64,000 nt of DNA, from NCBI RefSeq assembly GCF_032444005.1, contig NC_091282.1, positions 681,008,001 to 681,072,000 on the forward strand, given 5' to 3'. Each line of letters opens with the position of its first letter. Position 1 is the first letter of the stretch. Both the position numbers and the translations under genes were made by a program. This document shows positions 36,950-50,458 of this stretch, piece after piece. Origin of the DNA: Ranitomeya imitator. Taxonomy: Eukaryota. Under the pieces are notes generated by a model, which was given only the letters and a program-made list of their open reading frames with translations, made no database searches and had not been told where the DNA came from.

Positions 36950-39900
36950 AAGTGATCAGCGTAGAGCGGAGGATAAATGTGATCCCAAACGTTATATAAA
37001 ATGTTCCCAATAAAAGCTTCAACTCAATCCACAAAAAAAACAAGTCCCCACTCAGGTCTGTCATCTGTTAACAAAAATATAGAGGGCTTCCACGTTACTG
37101 GTAGCACAAAGGCTCTGAAAAAGCAAAATGGCTCCTCCAAAATGGCTCCGCCAAAAGAAATTCAGCAAATTCTCCGCTCCCAAATCCAAATGCTCCCCTC
37201 CATGTGTGCCTAATCCACATTTAGCGCCCACATGTTTGGCATTTCTGTAGTGATGAGAGCCCACCTAATTTACAGGTGTGTGTCTCCTGAAGCATGAGGT
37301 GGGCATAATGCACTGGTGACTGCAACGCACTGGTCACTACAACAGCAGTTTGCAATTTTCACTCAGCAACATCTACTGCTGCCTGTTTCTGGAAAACACC
37401 CATGGAGTCAAAATCGTTACTACATCTGTAGATAAATTTCCAAAGGGTTATCATTTCCAAAATGGGGTCAGTTGATGGTGGTTCTGCTTTTCTAGCACTT
37501 AGGGGCTCTGTATATGGAATCCGCAATTAGTCTAGGAAAATCTGGGCTCCAGGAGGCAAATAGCGCTCCATCCCTCCCCAGTCACTTCATATGGCAAAGT
37601 AGTACTGTACAGCCACATATGGGGTATGTCTCAATTCAGCAGAAATTGTGGGACAAATTCTGGTGTCATTTTTACCCATTTCCCATTGTGAAAATGTAAA
37701 ACTTGGGGCTAACACACAATCTTGGTGGTAAAAATGTTAATTATTTCTTCTTCACTGCCCAATGGTATAAAAGTCACTATGGTGTCAATATAATCCCTGC
37801 ACCCCTAGATGAATTCACTGATAGATTTAATTGGTAAAATGGGGTCACTTATGGGGGCTTCTGCTGTTCTGGCACCTCAGGGGCTCTTCCAATGTATCAT
37901 GACACCCTCAAACAAGTGCAGCAAAATCTTTGTAATATGGCGATACTTCCCTTCTGAGCTTTGCACTGTGCCTCAAAAGTAGTTTTCAACCACATATGGG
38001 GTATTGGTGAACTCAAGAGAAATTGTACAACAAACTTTTCAGTCCATTTTCTCTTGCTCCCTTATGAAAATGCAAAATTTGGAGCTAAAAAAGATTTATC
38101 AGGGAAAAATGTGATATTTTTTCACGGCTTAACGTTATAAACTTCTGAGAAGCACCTGTGGGTTCAAGGTGCTCAATACACATCTAGATAAGTACCTTAA
38201 GGGGTCTAGTTTCCAAAATGGTGTCACTTGTTGGGGGTTTCCCTTGTTTAGGCTCATCAGGGGCACTCCAAACATGACATGGCGTCCGCTAATTATGCCA
38301 GCAAATTTTACATTCAAAAAGTCAAATGGCGCTCCTTCCCTTCTGAGCACTGACGTGTGCCCAAACAGTAGATTTCCCCCACATATGGGGTATCGGCATG
38401 CTCAGGACAGGAGAAATTGCACAACAAAATATATGGTCCATTTTCTCTTGTTACCCTTGCGAAAGTAAAAAAAAAAATAGGTCTAAAGGAAAATTTTTCG
38501 TGAAAGAAAAGTACCGTATATACTCGAGTATAAGCCGACCCGAGTATAAGCCGACCCCCCTAATTTTGCCACAAAAAACTGGGAAAACTTATTGACTCGA
38601 GTATAAGCCTAGGGTGGAAATGCAGCATTTACCGGTGAATTTCAAAAATAAAAATAGATCATTATTTCCCCATAGCTGTGCCATATAGTGCTCTACACCA
38701 TTCATATTTCCCCATAGCTGTGCCCCATATAGTGCTCTGCACCGTTCACTGTGCCCCCTAGCTGTGCCATATACAGTGCTCTGCACCGTTCACTGTGCCC
38801 CATAGCTGTGCCATATACGGTGCTCTGCACCGTTCATTGTGCCCCCTAGCTGTGCCATATACGGTGCTCTGCACCGTTCATTGTGCCCCATAGATGCTCC
38901 ACATTAATCTGTGCTGCCACTGCTACTGCTGCAATAAAAAAAAAAAAACACATACTCACCTCCCTTGATTGCAGCTCCCAGCGTCTCGTTCCGGCGCCTC
39001 CATCTTCCCGGCGTCTCTGCTCTGATTGATCAGGCAGAGGGCGCCGCGCACACTATATGCGTCATCGCGCCCTCTGCCTGATCAGTCAGAGAGCGCAGAC
39101 GCCGGGAAGATGGAGGCGCCGGCCGGGAAGATGGATCGGCGCCCGGCGGCTGGAACGAGGACAGGTGAATATAACATACTCACCTAGTCCTGGCGATCCT
39201 CGCGCTGTCCCCTCCTGTCTTCGGCGCTGCAGCTTCTTTCTCTATCAGCGGTCACCGGCACCGCTGATTAGAGAAATGAATAAGCGGCTCCGCCCCTATG
39301 GGAGGTGGAGCCGCTTATTCATTTCTGTAATGAGCGGTCCCACGTGACCGCTGAAGAGGGGAAGACGCTGCAGCGCCGAAGCCCGTGGGACGGCAGGGAC
39401 AGCGCGAGGATCGCTGGGACTAGGTAAGTATACCCCAGCGCCCTCAGCCCCTCACCTGCCGACCCCACCGCTACCGTGACTCGAGTATAAGCCGAGGGGG
39501 GCACTTTCAGCCCTAAAATTTGGGCTGAAAATCTCGGCTTATACTCGAGTATATACGGTAAATGTTTATTTTTTTCTTCCACATTCCAAAAATTCCTGTG
39601 AAGCACCTGAAGGGTTAATAAACTTCTTGAATGTAGTTTTGAGCACCTTGAGGGGTGCAGTTTTTAGAAGGGTGTCTTTTTGGGGTATTTTCTGTCTTGT
39701 ACACCCCTCAAAGTCACTTCAAATGTGAGGTGGTCCCTAAAAAAATTGTTTTGTAAATTTTATTGTAAAAATGAGAAATCGTTGGTCAACTTTTAACCCT
39801 TATAATTTCCTAACAAAAGAAATTATGTTTCCAAAATTGTGCTGATGTAAAGTAGACATGTGGGAAGTGTTAAATAACTATTTTGTGTGATATGACTCTC

Positions 39901-40157
39901 TGATTTAAGGACATAAAAAATAAAGTTTGAAAATTGCAAAATTTTTGAAATTTTCACAAAATTTCTGTTTTTTTTTTTTTACAAAACCGCAAGTTATATC
40001 AAATCAATTTTACCACTATATGTCATGAGAAAACTCTCTCTGAATCACTGGGATCCATTGAAGCGTTTCAGAGTTAGGACCTCATAAAGTGACAGTGGTC
40101 AGAATTGTAAAAATTGGCCCGGTCAGGAAGGTGAAAACAGGCTTTGGGGTGAAGGGG
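36950..40157 (-). mobile_element. Large TTAA-flanked non-autonomous DNA transposon relic
   Basis: Ends AAGGGG|TTAA, and the end is homologous to 16517. Internal AAAATGGGGTCAC repeats. Left boundary is uncertain. Confidence 0.5.
38514..39558. mobile_element. Tc1/mariner-superfamily (Tc2/pogo-like) MITE with an internal minisatellite of about 44 bp
   Basis: TIR CCGTATATACTCGAGTATAAGCCGA and TA TSD. Confidence 0.88.
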
Positions 40158-41069
40158 TTAAAGGTTCTCAACACTATGTAATAAAACTGGGTAGAAATCT
40201 TGGGAATAGGAAGCTGCTATCACTCAAACATGCGAGCAACATCCAGCAATGTAAATATAGCCTGGGAAAGCAAAACACTGCAATCCAGACAATGTCCCCA
40301 AATCTACCCCTGATAAAAAATAAATAATGAAATAATAAGGTAAGCTGGTGAAATCCATGGATACTTCTCATCCATGAATTCTCAACACAAAGCTGTGTTC
40401 TCATTGTGTTTCATTCATTGTTTCCTGTTTGTTAGCTAATGACATCATTTCCTATTTCCTGTCTGATTAAAGGACAACATTGCCGGACTCGATTTTTTTT
40501 CTCTTACACAACCCACCTCCCTCCTAAACAAAAAAAAAATACCCTAATAAATAAATCACTGACAGATTGTTCTATGCAACCTTCATTCTACTCTACTTGC
40601 TTTTTTTTTTTTATCTGTAGCCTCCATATAGGATCTTGTCATTTGTTTTTGACTGCGATGCTGGAAATAAGCAACATGAAAAAGGACAGATTTCGGTATA
40701 ATAAATTAGAAAAGAAATATAAGCAGACAGAATATGTGATTGATATCAGAAATGTGAAATAACAGTATGTTTCCAAGTGAGAAAACAAACCACAGAAAGT
40801 TAACTTGTAAAGAAATAAGACATAAAAATTAGTTAAAGGGACCTGCCACCATTTTTTTCCGATATATCATCCAGCCACCACCTTTTAGCCCCATGTAACA
40901 GCATTCTATAATGCTGCACATATGACTCCAATTCACCCTGCAAGACAGGAAAAATAACTTATTAGGCTGGAGTCACACTAAACGTATGAAAAATCGGTCC
41001 GAGTCTCCCTGCCGAGAGTCGCACGAGTGTCATGTGCATTGCAGCTGGATGTAAATCGGATGCTAGTTG

Positions 41070-41520
41070 TGAAAATTCGGATTGTACACACATTTTTGTA
41101 CCAGGAGTGGCATAAGGTCACCCAAAAGCAGCGTGAAAGACTGGTGGAAAGCATGCCAAGATGCATGAAAGCTGTGATTAAAAATCATGGTTATTCCACA
41201 AAATATTGATTTCTGAACTATTCCTGAGTTAAAACATTAGCATTGTTGTTTCTAAATGATTATAAACTTGTTTTCTTTGCATTATTTGAGGTCTGCAAGC
41301 AATGCATTCTTTTGTTACCATTCTCTTTGACCATTCTTTTGACCTTTTCTCATTTTCAGAAAATAAATACAAACTTTATTGCTTGGAACTTCGGAGACAT
41401 GTTGCCAGTAGTTTATAGAATAAAAGAACAATTTACATTTTACTAAAAAATATACCGATAAAGAGAAAAATCAGACAAACTGAACATTTTGCAGTGGTCT
41501 CTTAATTTTTGCCAGAGCTG
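41070..41520 (+). mobile_element. Tc1 3' end fragment
   Basis: LVESMPRCMKAVIKNHGYSTKY* and a terminal GAGCTG|TA. Confidence 0.7.
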
Positions 41521-41543
41521 TATAATAATAATAATAATATATG

Positions 41544-43026
41544 CCGTATTTTTCGCTTCATAAGATGCACCTGATTATAAGACGCACCCCCAAATTTGGT
41601 TAAGAAAAAGAGAAAAAAATGTTTTTATGTTAAATGGGGTTCTGTCTTATAATGCCAGTGTCATTCTTACAAATCATATATATGTCCTGCATCCTGGTAT
41701 CTATATAACCCCTTGTGGTGCTGGCACATGGCCCCCTTATGGTGCTGGCAGGCACATGGCCCACTTGTGCTGCTGGCAGGCACATGGCCCCCTGGACACT
41801 ATATGCCCCCTGTGCTGCTGGCAGGCATATGGCCCCCTGGTCACTATATGCCCCCTTTTGCTGCTGGCAAGCACATGCCCCCCCGGTCACTATATGCCCC
41901 CACTGTGCTGCTGGCAGCCACATGGCCCCCATGGTCACTATATGCTCCCCTGTGCTGCTGGCAGGCACATGGCCCCCCCCCGGTCACTATATGCCCCCCG
42001 TGCTGCTGGCAGGCACATGGCCCCCCCGGTCACTATATGCACCCTTGTGCTGCTGACAGGCACATGGCCCCCCTGGTCACTATATGCCCCCTTGTGCTGC
42101 TGGCATGAGCATGGCTCCCCCGGTCACTATATGGCCCCCTGTGCTGCTTGTAGACACATGCCACCCCCCGGTCACTATTTGCCCCCCTGTGCTGCTGGCA
42201 GGCACATGGCCCCCCGGTCACTATATGCCCACCTGTGCTGCTGGGCGCACATGATAAAATAAGAAACACATAACTCACCTTCCGATGAAGGCTCCGTGCT
42301 CCCAGCTGCTCAGTTGCACTTCCTGTTTCCCGGGAATCAGATCATGTGACCTGGGCACACAGTGATGACCTCACTGTGCTGTGCCGATCACATGATCGGA
42401 TGTCAGCACAGACACAGGAAGAGCCACGGGGGAACTGGGAGAACGGAGCCACCACCGGAAGGTGAGTTAAATGTTTCTTATTTTATCATGTGCCTGCCAG
42501 CAAGGGGGCATATAGAATGACCGGGGGGTCATGTGTGTGCCAGCAGCACAGGGGGGCATATAGAATGACCAGGGGGGCCATGTGCGTGCCAGCAAGGGGC
42601 ATATAGAGTGACGGGGGTCATGTGCGTGCCAGCAGCACAGGGGGCATATACTGTAGAGTGACCGGGGGCATTGTGCGTGCCAGCAGGGGGCATATAGTGA
42701 CCGGGGGGCCATATCCATGATTGTAGGGGGGGAGAGTGCAGGCACATGCAATATGCACCGCTCTCCTGTCAACCAATTTGTGGGGCTTCAGCACCAAGGT
42801 GATGGACAGCAGGTGCAGTGAATATTACATGAGGCTAATGAGCGGGAGCATGTGACCTCCCGCTGTCTCTACAGCCCACAGCCAGCCCACTCCAGCCACA
42901 CCACTCCAGAGCCACCCCCCTCCTCTACAGCAGCACAGCACACAGATTCGGATTATAATATGCACCTCCCACTTTCCCCCAAAATTTGGGGGAGCAAAAG
43001 TGCGTCTTATCATCTGAAAAATACAG
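41544..43026. mobile_element. Tc2-like MITE with oppositely oriented arrays of a minisatellite of about 42 bp
   Basis: Imperfect TIRs CCGTATTTTTC...TAAGA(T/C)GCAC. Repeat arrays lie at about 41720-42245 (+) and 42495-42710 (-). Confidence 0.7.
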
Positions 43027-43054
43027 TGTATATATATATATATATATATACAAA

Positions 43055-43073
43055 TCTACTATATAAAGCTGAA

Positions 43074-43106
<33 letters not shown>

Positions 43107-45656
43107 ATGTCCGGGATTGGCATCTGCACCGTCGCAGCTACAGCCACAAAATTTTGCACAGTCACACGTCTGGACCCCGAGAGCGTCATAGGCTATATTG
43201 TGAGGCGAAATTTTAACCCCGCGCGTTCCAATTCACCAAACAATTTTGCCCCTATCTACATAATGGGGAAAAAAGTGAAAGGAAAAGTGTTGGAAGCGTC
43301 GCAGCTACAGCAGCAAAATTTTGCACAGTCACACATCTGGACCCTGAGAGCGTCATAGGCTACGTTATGAGGTGAAATATTAACCCCACGCTTTCCAATT
43401 CACCAAACAATTTTGCCCCTATCTACATAATGGGGAAAAAAGTGAAAGGAAAAGTGTTGGAGGCGTCGCAGCTACAGAAACAAAATTTTGCACAGTCACA
43501 CGTCTGGACCCTGAGAGCGTCATAGGCTACGTTGTGAGGTGAAATTTTAACCCCGCGCGTTCCAATTCACCAAACAATTTTGCCCCTATCTACATAATGG
43601 GGAAAAAGTGAAAGGAAAAGTGTTGGAGGAGTCACAGCTACAGCCACAAAATTTTGCACAGTCACACGTCTAGACCCCGAGAGCGTCATAGGCTATATTG
43701 TGAGGCGAAATTTTAACCCTGCGCGTTCCAATTCACCAAACAATTTTGCCCCTATCTACATAATGGGGAAAAAGTGAAAGGAAAAGTGTTGGAAGCGTCG
43801 CAGCTACAGAAAAAAAATTTTGCACAGTCACACGTCTGGACCCCGAGAGCGTCATAGGCTATGTTGTGAGGTGAAATTTTAACCCCGCGCTTTCCAATTC
43901 ACCAAACAATTTTGCCCCTATCTACATAATGGGAAAAAATGAAAGGAAAAGTGTAGGAGGCAAATTGACAGCGGCCAGATGTGAACAAGGGGGACTTAAA
44001 GAATGAGAGCGATGGCGCCAAAGAGTATATACCGTACAGTTGCTAAGGTGGGGCCTCGACATGGGATACTCACCACACACGGGGATATGAACACACACAA
44101 AATGCGCCACACACTACCACGTGCTTGAACACATATTACCCTCAGCACACATTTCACCACAAATACACCAACCTCGCCACATAAAAGTCAAAACACAAAA
44201 GTCGCCACTCAAAACTCGCCACGCGCAGAACTCGCCACATGCAAAAACTAGGCTCTTGCAAAACTCGCCACAAGTGCAAAATTCTCCTCATGAAAAACTC
44301 GCCACACGCAAAACTTGCACACGCGGAAAAATTGCCACATGCACAAAAGTTGCAACACATGCAAAAGTTGCCTCACACAAAACTTGCACATACTCAAAAG
44401 GCACCACACATAATACTCGCAACGCGCAAAACTTGCTGCACACAACTTGCTACACTAACCTGTCACATGTAACTCGACACACAAAAAGTTGCTACACGCA
44501 TGTTGCCACACAAAACTCATCTCACAAAAGTCGCTACATGCATGTCGCCACACGCAACTCAACACACACAACTTGACAAACGAAACTCGCCCTAAAACAC
44601 ACACAAGTCTGGTATTATCCTTCAAAAATAAAAATCTGATTAATAAGCAGACAAACTACAACAATTGCACCATATAGGAAATACGGCAGCTGTCAGTCAC
44701 ATGACCTGTCTATTATGTGTATGTGTGAGCTAATATATACTGCCAGGGGGAGGGCTTCCTGTTGGCTGGGGATTTATCAGGCTGCCAATTTAGCTAACAA
44801 ATACTGAGGTAAAAATACTGAGCAAATAACGTGTGAACGAGGTCTAATACAGGAGGAGATGACACACAGGTATATACTATATACAGGGGAGATGACACAC
44901 AGATATATACTATATACAGGAGAGATGACACACAGGTATATACTATATAGAGGAGGAGATGACATATAGGTACATATATATACAGGAGGAGATGACATAC
45001 AGGTATATACTATATACAGGAGGAGATGACATATAGGTATATGCTATATATAGAAGATGACATGCAGGTATATACTATATGCAGGAGGAGATGACACTCA
45101 GATATATACTGTATACAGGGGAGATGACACACAGGTATATACTATATACAGGAGGAGATGACATACAGGTATATACTATATATAGAAGGAGATGACATTC
45201 AGGTATATACTATATATAGGGGAGATGACACACAGCAGGTATATACTATATACTGGGGAGATGACATACAGGTATATACTATATACAGGAGATGACATAC
45301 AGATGTATACTATATATAAGGGAGATGACAAACATGTATATACTGAGGTGATGAGGTGAAAATGAGAGGTGTGAGGTGAAAATGAAAAGGTGTGAGTGCA
45401 AAATGAGAGAAGTGAGGAAAAATAGTGGAGTGATCAGAAAATGACAGATGTGAGGTTGAAATGACAAGTGTTAGGGGGAATGAGAGGAGTGAGGGAGAAA
45501 ATGAGAGGTGTGAGGGAGAAAATGAGAGATATGAGGGGGAAAATGAAAGATGTGATTGGGAAAATGAGAGGCGTGATGGGAAAATAAGAGAAGTGAGGTG
45601 CTATAACTAACCACAGATATTTACTATGCCCAGGCAACGCCGGGCTCTTCCGCTAG
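43055..45656 (+). mobile_element. Non-autonomous Helitron, copy 1
   Basis: A|TCTACTATATAAAG start, hairpin GCCCAGGCAACGCCGGGC (45628-45645) and CTAG end. Contains five 166-167-bp tandem units (43131 to about 43960) and two minisatellites. Confidence 0.8.
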
Positions 45657-45665
45657 TCTAATATA

Positions 45666-47271
45666 CAGTGGGGCAAAAAAGTATTTAGTCAGTCAGCAAT
45701 AGAGCAAGTTCCACCACTTAAAAAGATGAGAGGCGTCTGTAATTTACATCATAGGTAGACCTCAACTATGGGAGACAAACTGAGAAAAAAAAATCCAGAA
45801 AATCACATTGTCTGTTTTTTTAACATTTTATTTGCATATTATGGTGGAAAATAAGTATTTGGTCAGAAACAAAATTTCATCTCAATACTTTGTAATATAT
45901 CCTTCGTTGGCAATGACAAAGGTCAAACGTTTTCTGTAAGTCTTCACAAGGTTGCCACACACTGTTGTTGGTATGTTGGCCCATTCCTCCATGCAGATCT
46001 CCTCTAGAGCAGTGATGTTTTTGGCTTTTCGCTTGGCAACACGGACTTTCAACTCCCTCCAAAGGTTTTCTATGGGGTTAAGATCTGGAGACTGGCTAGG
46101 CCACTCCAGGACCTTGAAATGCTTCTTACGAAGCCACTCCTTCGTTGCCCTGGCGGTGTGCTTTGGATCATTGTCATGTTGAAAGACCCAGCCACGTTTC
46201 ATCTTCAATGCCCTTGCTGATGGAAGGAGATTTGCACTCAAAATCTCACGATACATGGCCCCATTCATTCTTTCATGTACCCAGATCAGTCGTCCTGGCC
46301 CCTTTGCAGAGAAACAGCCCCAAAGCATGATGTTTCCACCACCATGCTTTACAGTAGGTATGGTGTTTGATGGATGCAACTCAGTATTCGTTTTCCTCCA
46401 AACACGACAAGTTGTGTTTCTACCAAACAGTTCCAGTTTGGTTTCATCAGACCATAGGACATTCTCCCAAAACTCCTCTGGATCATCCAAATGCTCTCTA
46501 GCAAACTTCAGACGGGCCCAGACATGTACTGGCTTAAGCAGTGGGACACGTCTGGCACTGCAGGATCTGAGTCCATGGTGGCGTAGTGTGTTACTTATGG
46601 TAGGCCTTGTTACATTGGTCCCAGCTCTCTGCAATTCATTCACTAGGTCCCCCCGCGTGTTTCTGGGATTTTTGCTCACCGTTCTTGTGATCATTCTGAC
46701 CCCACGGGGTGGGATTTTGCGTGGAGCCCCAGATCGAGGGAGATTATCAGTGGTCTTGTATGTCTTCCATTTTCTAATTATTGCTCCCACTGTTGATTTC
46801 TTCCCTCCAAGCTGGTTGGCAATTGCAGATTCAGTCTTCCCAGCCTGGTGCAGGGCTACAATTTTGTTTCTGGTGTCCTTTGACAGCTCTTTGGTCTTCA
46901 CCATAGTGGAGTTTGGAGTCAGACTGTTTGAGGGTGTGCACAGGTGTCTTTTTATACTGATAACAAGTTTAAACAGGTGCCATTACTACAGGTAATGAGT
47001 GGAGGAAAGAGGAGACTCTTAAAGAAGAAGTTACAGGTCTGTGAGAGCCAGAAATCTTGATTGTTTGTTTCTGACCAAATACTTATTTTCCACCATAATA
47101 TGCAAATAAAATGTTAAAAAAACAGACAATGTGATTTTCTGGATTTTTTTTTCTCAGTTTGTCTCCCATAGTTGAGGTCTACCTATGATGTAAATTACAG
47201 ACGCCTCTCATCTTTTTAAGTGGTGGAACTTGCACTATTGATGACTGACTAAATACTTTTTTGCCCCACTG
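45666..47271 (-). mobile_element. Intact Tc1-family transposon with long IR/DR-type TIRs of about 200 bp
   Basis: TA|CAGTGGGGCAAAAAAGTATTTAG...CCCCACTG|TA. The TIRs are nearly identical. Confidence 0.97.
45882..46904 (-). CDS. Tc1 DD34E transposase, 340 aa
   Basis: N-terminal paired-like domain with SGAPRK, then [17 protein letters not shown] and SPDLNPIE with 34 residues between D and E. Confidence 0.95.
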   Translation of the reverse strand: MVKTKELSKDTRNKIVALHQAGKTESAIANQLGGKKSTVGAIIRKWKTYKTTDNLPRSGAPRKIPPRGVRMITRTVSKNPRNTRGDLVNELQRAGTNVTRPTISNTLRHHGLRSCSARRVPLLKPVHVWARLKFAREHLDDPEEFWENVLWSDETKLELFGRNTTCRVWRKTNTELHPSNTIPTVKHGGGNIMLWGCFSAKGPGRLIWVHERMNGAMYREILSANLLPSARALKMKRGWVFQHDNDPKHTARATKEWLRKKHFKVLEWPSQSPDLNPIENLWRELKVRVAKRKAKNITALEEICMEEWANIPTTVCGNLVKTYRKRLTFVIANEGYITKY

Positions 47272-48354
47272 TATAAAGCTGAATGTGTGTGTGTATGTGT
47301 GTATGTCCGGGATTGGCATCTGCACCGTCGCAGCTACAGACCCAAAATTTTGCACAGTCACACGTCTGGACCCAGAGAGTGTCATAGGCTATGTTGTGAG
47401 GCGAAATTTTAACACCGCGCGTTCCAATTCACCAAACAATTTTGCCCCTCTCTACATAATGGGGAAAAAGTGAAAGGAAAAGTGTTAGAGGCAAATTGAC
47501 AGCTGCCAGATGTGAACAAGGGGGACTTAAAGAGTGAGAGCGATGGTGCCAAACAGTTTATACCGTACAGTTGCTACGGTGGGGCCCCGACATGGGATAC
47601 TCACCACACACGAGGATATGAACACACACACAAAATGCGCCACACACTACCACGTGCTTGAACACATATACCACCCTCAGCACACATTTCACCACACATA
47701 CACCAACCTCGCCACATAAAAGTCAAAACACAAAAGTCGCCGCTCAAAACTCGCCAAGCGCAAAACTCGCCACATGCAAAACTAGGCTCACGCAAAGCTC
47801 GCCACACGTGTAAAACTCACTTCATGGAAAACTAGCCACACGCAAAACTTGCACACGCGGAAAAATTGCCACATGCACAAAAGTTGCAACACATGCAAAA
47901 GTTGCCTCATACAAAACTTGCACATACTCAAAATGCACCACACATAAAACTCACCACGTGCAAAACTCGCCATGCTCAAAACTTGCTGCACACAACTTGC
48001 TACACTAACCTGTCACATGCAACTCGACACAAAAAGTTGCTACACGCATGTCGCCACATGCAACTCAACACACACAACTTGACACATGAAACTCACCCTA
48101 AAACACACACAAGTCTGGTATTATCCTTCAAAAACACACAGGTATATAATATATACAGGAGGAGATGACACACTGGTATATATTATATACAGGGGAGATG
48201 ACATACAGGTACATACTATATACAGGGGAGATGACACACAGGTATATACTATATACAGGGGAGATGACACACAGGTATATACTATATACAGGGGAGATGA
48301 CGCACAGGTATATACTATATACAGGAGGAGATGACGCACAGGTATATACTATAA

Positions 48355-48745
48355 TAGAGAGAAAATTACCGCACACTCGATACTGGTCAAATGCAAAAAA
48401 GGTCTATGCCAATGTTTATTCAACACAAAGTAATTGCCACATTTGGAAAAAATAGACAATGAACCCGACGTTTCGACCCTCCCGGGTCTTATTCATGGGG
48501 TTACTCTAGTCTTTTGATATCTACGCATGTAGGTGGCAGTGGTAGAGGAAGAGCAAGCGATCCCTTAAACTTAGGGTATGACCTGATAGTTGAGTCAGAG
48601 GGGGCTGCTGTCCCAAGTAGAAGGAGGCCTAATATAGGAAGGGCCGCCTTGTAGCCAGTGGGCCTGAGAGTCGTCCTGTGTGGGCTCCTATATGCAGTCA
48701 GCGGCGCATCCCGCGCCTTGCTGTATGTTCCGAGCTGGAGGCTGT
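48355..48745 (-). mobile_element. Penelope-like end fragment inserted in the Helitron minisatellite
   Basis: A unique stretch of about 390 bp interrupts the array. It carries a minus-strand hammerhead and AATAAA (48420-48415). Boundaries are approximate. Confidence 0.55.
48462..48502 (-). ncRNA. Hammerhead motif with A3-U8 core variant
   Basis: AACCCC-ATGAATA-A-GACCC-GGGA-GGGTC-GAAAC-GTC-GGGTT: 5-bp stem II with a GNRA loop, palindromic ACGT stem III and a GUC cleavage triplet. Confidence 0.65.
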
Positions 48746-49140
48746 ATATAGTATAGGTATATACTATATACATGAGGAGATGACATACAGGTACATACTA
48801 TATACAGGAGGAGATGACACACAGGTATATACTATATACAGGGGAGATGGCACACATATATACTATATACAGGAGGAGATGACACACAGATATATACTAT
48901 ATACAGGAGCAGATGACACACAGGTATATACTATATACAGGAGGAGATGACACACAGGTATATACTATATACAGGGGAGATGACATACAGGTACATATTA
49001 TATACAGGAGGAGAAGACACAAAGATATATACTATATACAGGAGCAGATGACACACAGGTACATACTATATACAGGAGGAGATGACATACAGGTACATAC
49101 TAGATACAGGAGATGACATACAGGTGTATACTATATATAA

Positions 49141-49477
49141 GGCTAGGTTCACATTGCGTTAGTGGGTATCCGCTAACGGAATCCGTTACATAGCGCCACT
49201 AACGCAATGTAACGGATCCGTTAGCGCACCCATTGACCGCAATGTAACTAACGCATCCCTAACGCATGCCATTATTGGCAGGCATTAGCGATGTTCCGTT
49301 AATTTGTGATGGACCTCGAACGCTGCTTGCAGCGTTTTTGGGTCCGTTCTCGCTAGCGCAGATCGGGCATCTGCGCTAGTGCAATCGCTAAACACGATCC
49401 CTTTTTAGACATTGCGGTAACGCAGTCCGTTAGCGTATGCGCTAGACGGACTGCACAACACAAATGTGAACCTAGCC
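49141..49477. mobile_element. PIF/Harbinger-type MITE
   Basis: 15-bp TIR GGCTAGGTTCACATT and TAA TSD. The empty site is visible in Helitron copy 1 (about 45311-45330). Confidence 0.92.
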
Positions 49478-49945
49478 TAAGGGAGATGACAAACATGTAT
49501 ATACTGAGGGGAAAATGAGAGGTGTGAGGTGAAAATTAAGGGTGTGAGGTGAAAATGAAAAGGTGTGAGTGCAAAATGAGAGGAGTGAGGGAAAATAGTG
49601 GAGTGATCAGAAAATGACATGTGAGGTCGAAATGACAAGTGTTAGGGGGGAGTGAGAGGAGTGAGGGGGAAAATAAGAGGAGTGAGGGGGAAAATGAGAG
49701 GTGTAAGGGAGAAAATGAGAGGCGTGATGGTAAAATAAGAGAAGTGAGGTGCTATAACTAACCACAGATATTTACTATGCCCAGGCAACGCCGGGCTCTT
49801 CAGCTAGTATATATATTAAAAGCCAGCAAATCTGCCGCATACAGTAAAATCACAGAATGACAAGTTAGAATAGATAGAATAGATATATGCACATAGGATA
49901 GGTAGATATAAACTGTAGATGTCAGTGATACATATATATATACAT

Positions 49946-49990
49946 GAGGACCCGTTGAAGCGTGCAAGACGCGAAACGGCTGTAGTCCTC
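49946..49990 (+). ncRNA. Hammerhead-like motif with intact stems and a degenerate core
   Basis: GAGGAC-CCGTTGA-A-GCGT-GCAAG-ACGC-GAAAC-GGCT-GTA-GTCCTC, with AATAAA at 50057. Confidence 0.6.
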
Positions 49991-50458
49991 TTTTGTTTTT
50001 TCTGCTTGTTCTGCTAACGTCTCTTCCTTATAACCTTGTCCATATTGTACAAATGAAATAAAGGACAAAGGTTTTTTATTTCACAGAAGATTTGAGATGT
50101 GCGGCTGTTTTCACATGTGTTTCAGTAAGCATCTTCGTGACTATACCGTGAAGGGTGTCGTTGATTCAGAAACCATCATCTCCACCAGTAAGTCGATTTT
50201 TTTTTTGTCTTTGTGCCATTCAATTTTTTTTTTTCTTTGTGATTTCTATTCTATATACAGCCAGCACAGCAACAGCCTCTGACATATACAGCCCGGCAGC
50301 AGCCCCTCATATATATAGAGCCGAGCAGCAGATTCTAATATATACAGCCCAGCAGCAGCCCCTCGTATATACAGCCCAGCAGCAGCCCCTCATATATATA
50401 CAGCCCAGCAGAAGCCTCTCATACACATACAGCCCAGCAGAAGCATCTCATACATATA

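Larger units (their letters stand above)
45657..49807 (+). mobile_element. Non-autonomous Helitron, copy 2 (head-to-tail with copy 1), carrying three nested insertions
   Basis: Begins TCTA directly after the CTAG of copy 1 and ends with the same hairpin plus CTAG|T. It has only one 167-bp unit. Confidence 0.8.

Noticed and set aside
41627-42772. Several overlapping ORFs of 100-211 aa rich in Cys/Pro/His
   Set aside because: They are translations of a minisatellite of about 42 bp that is open in multiple frames. There is no protein-like complexity.
44121-49116. ORFs inside the Helitron copies (for example 44121-44576 and 48086-48455)
   Set aside because: They derive from low-complexity tandem repeats, with no Rep or helicase motifs.
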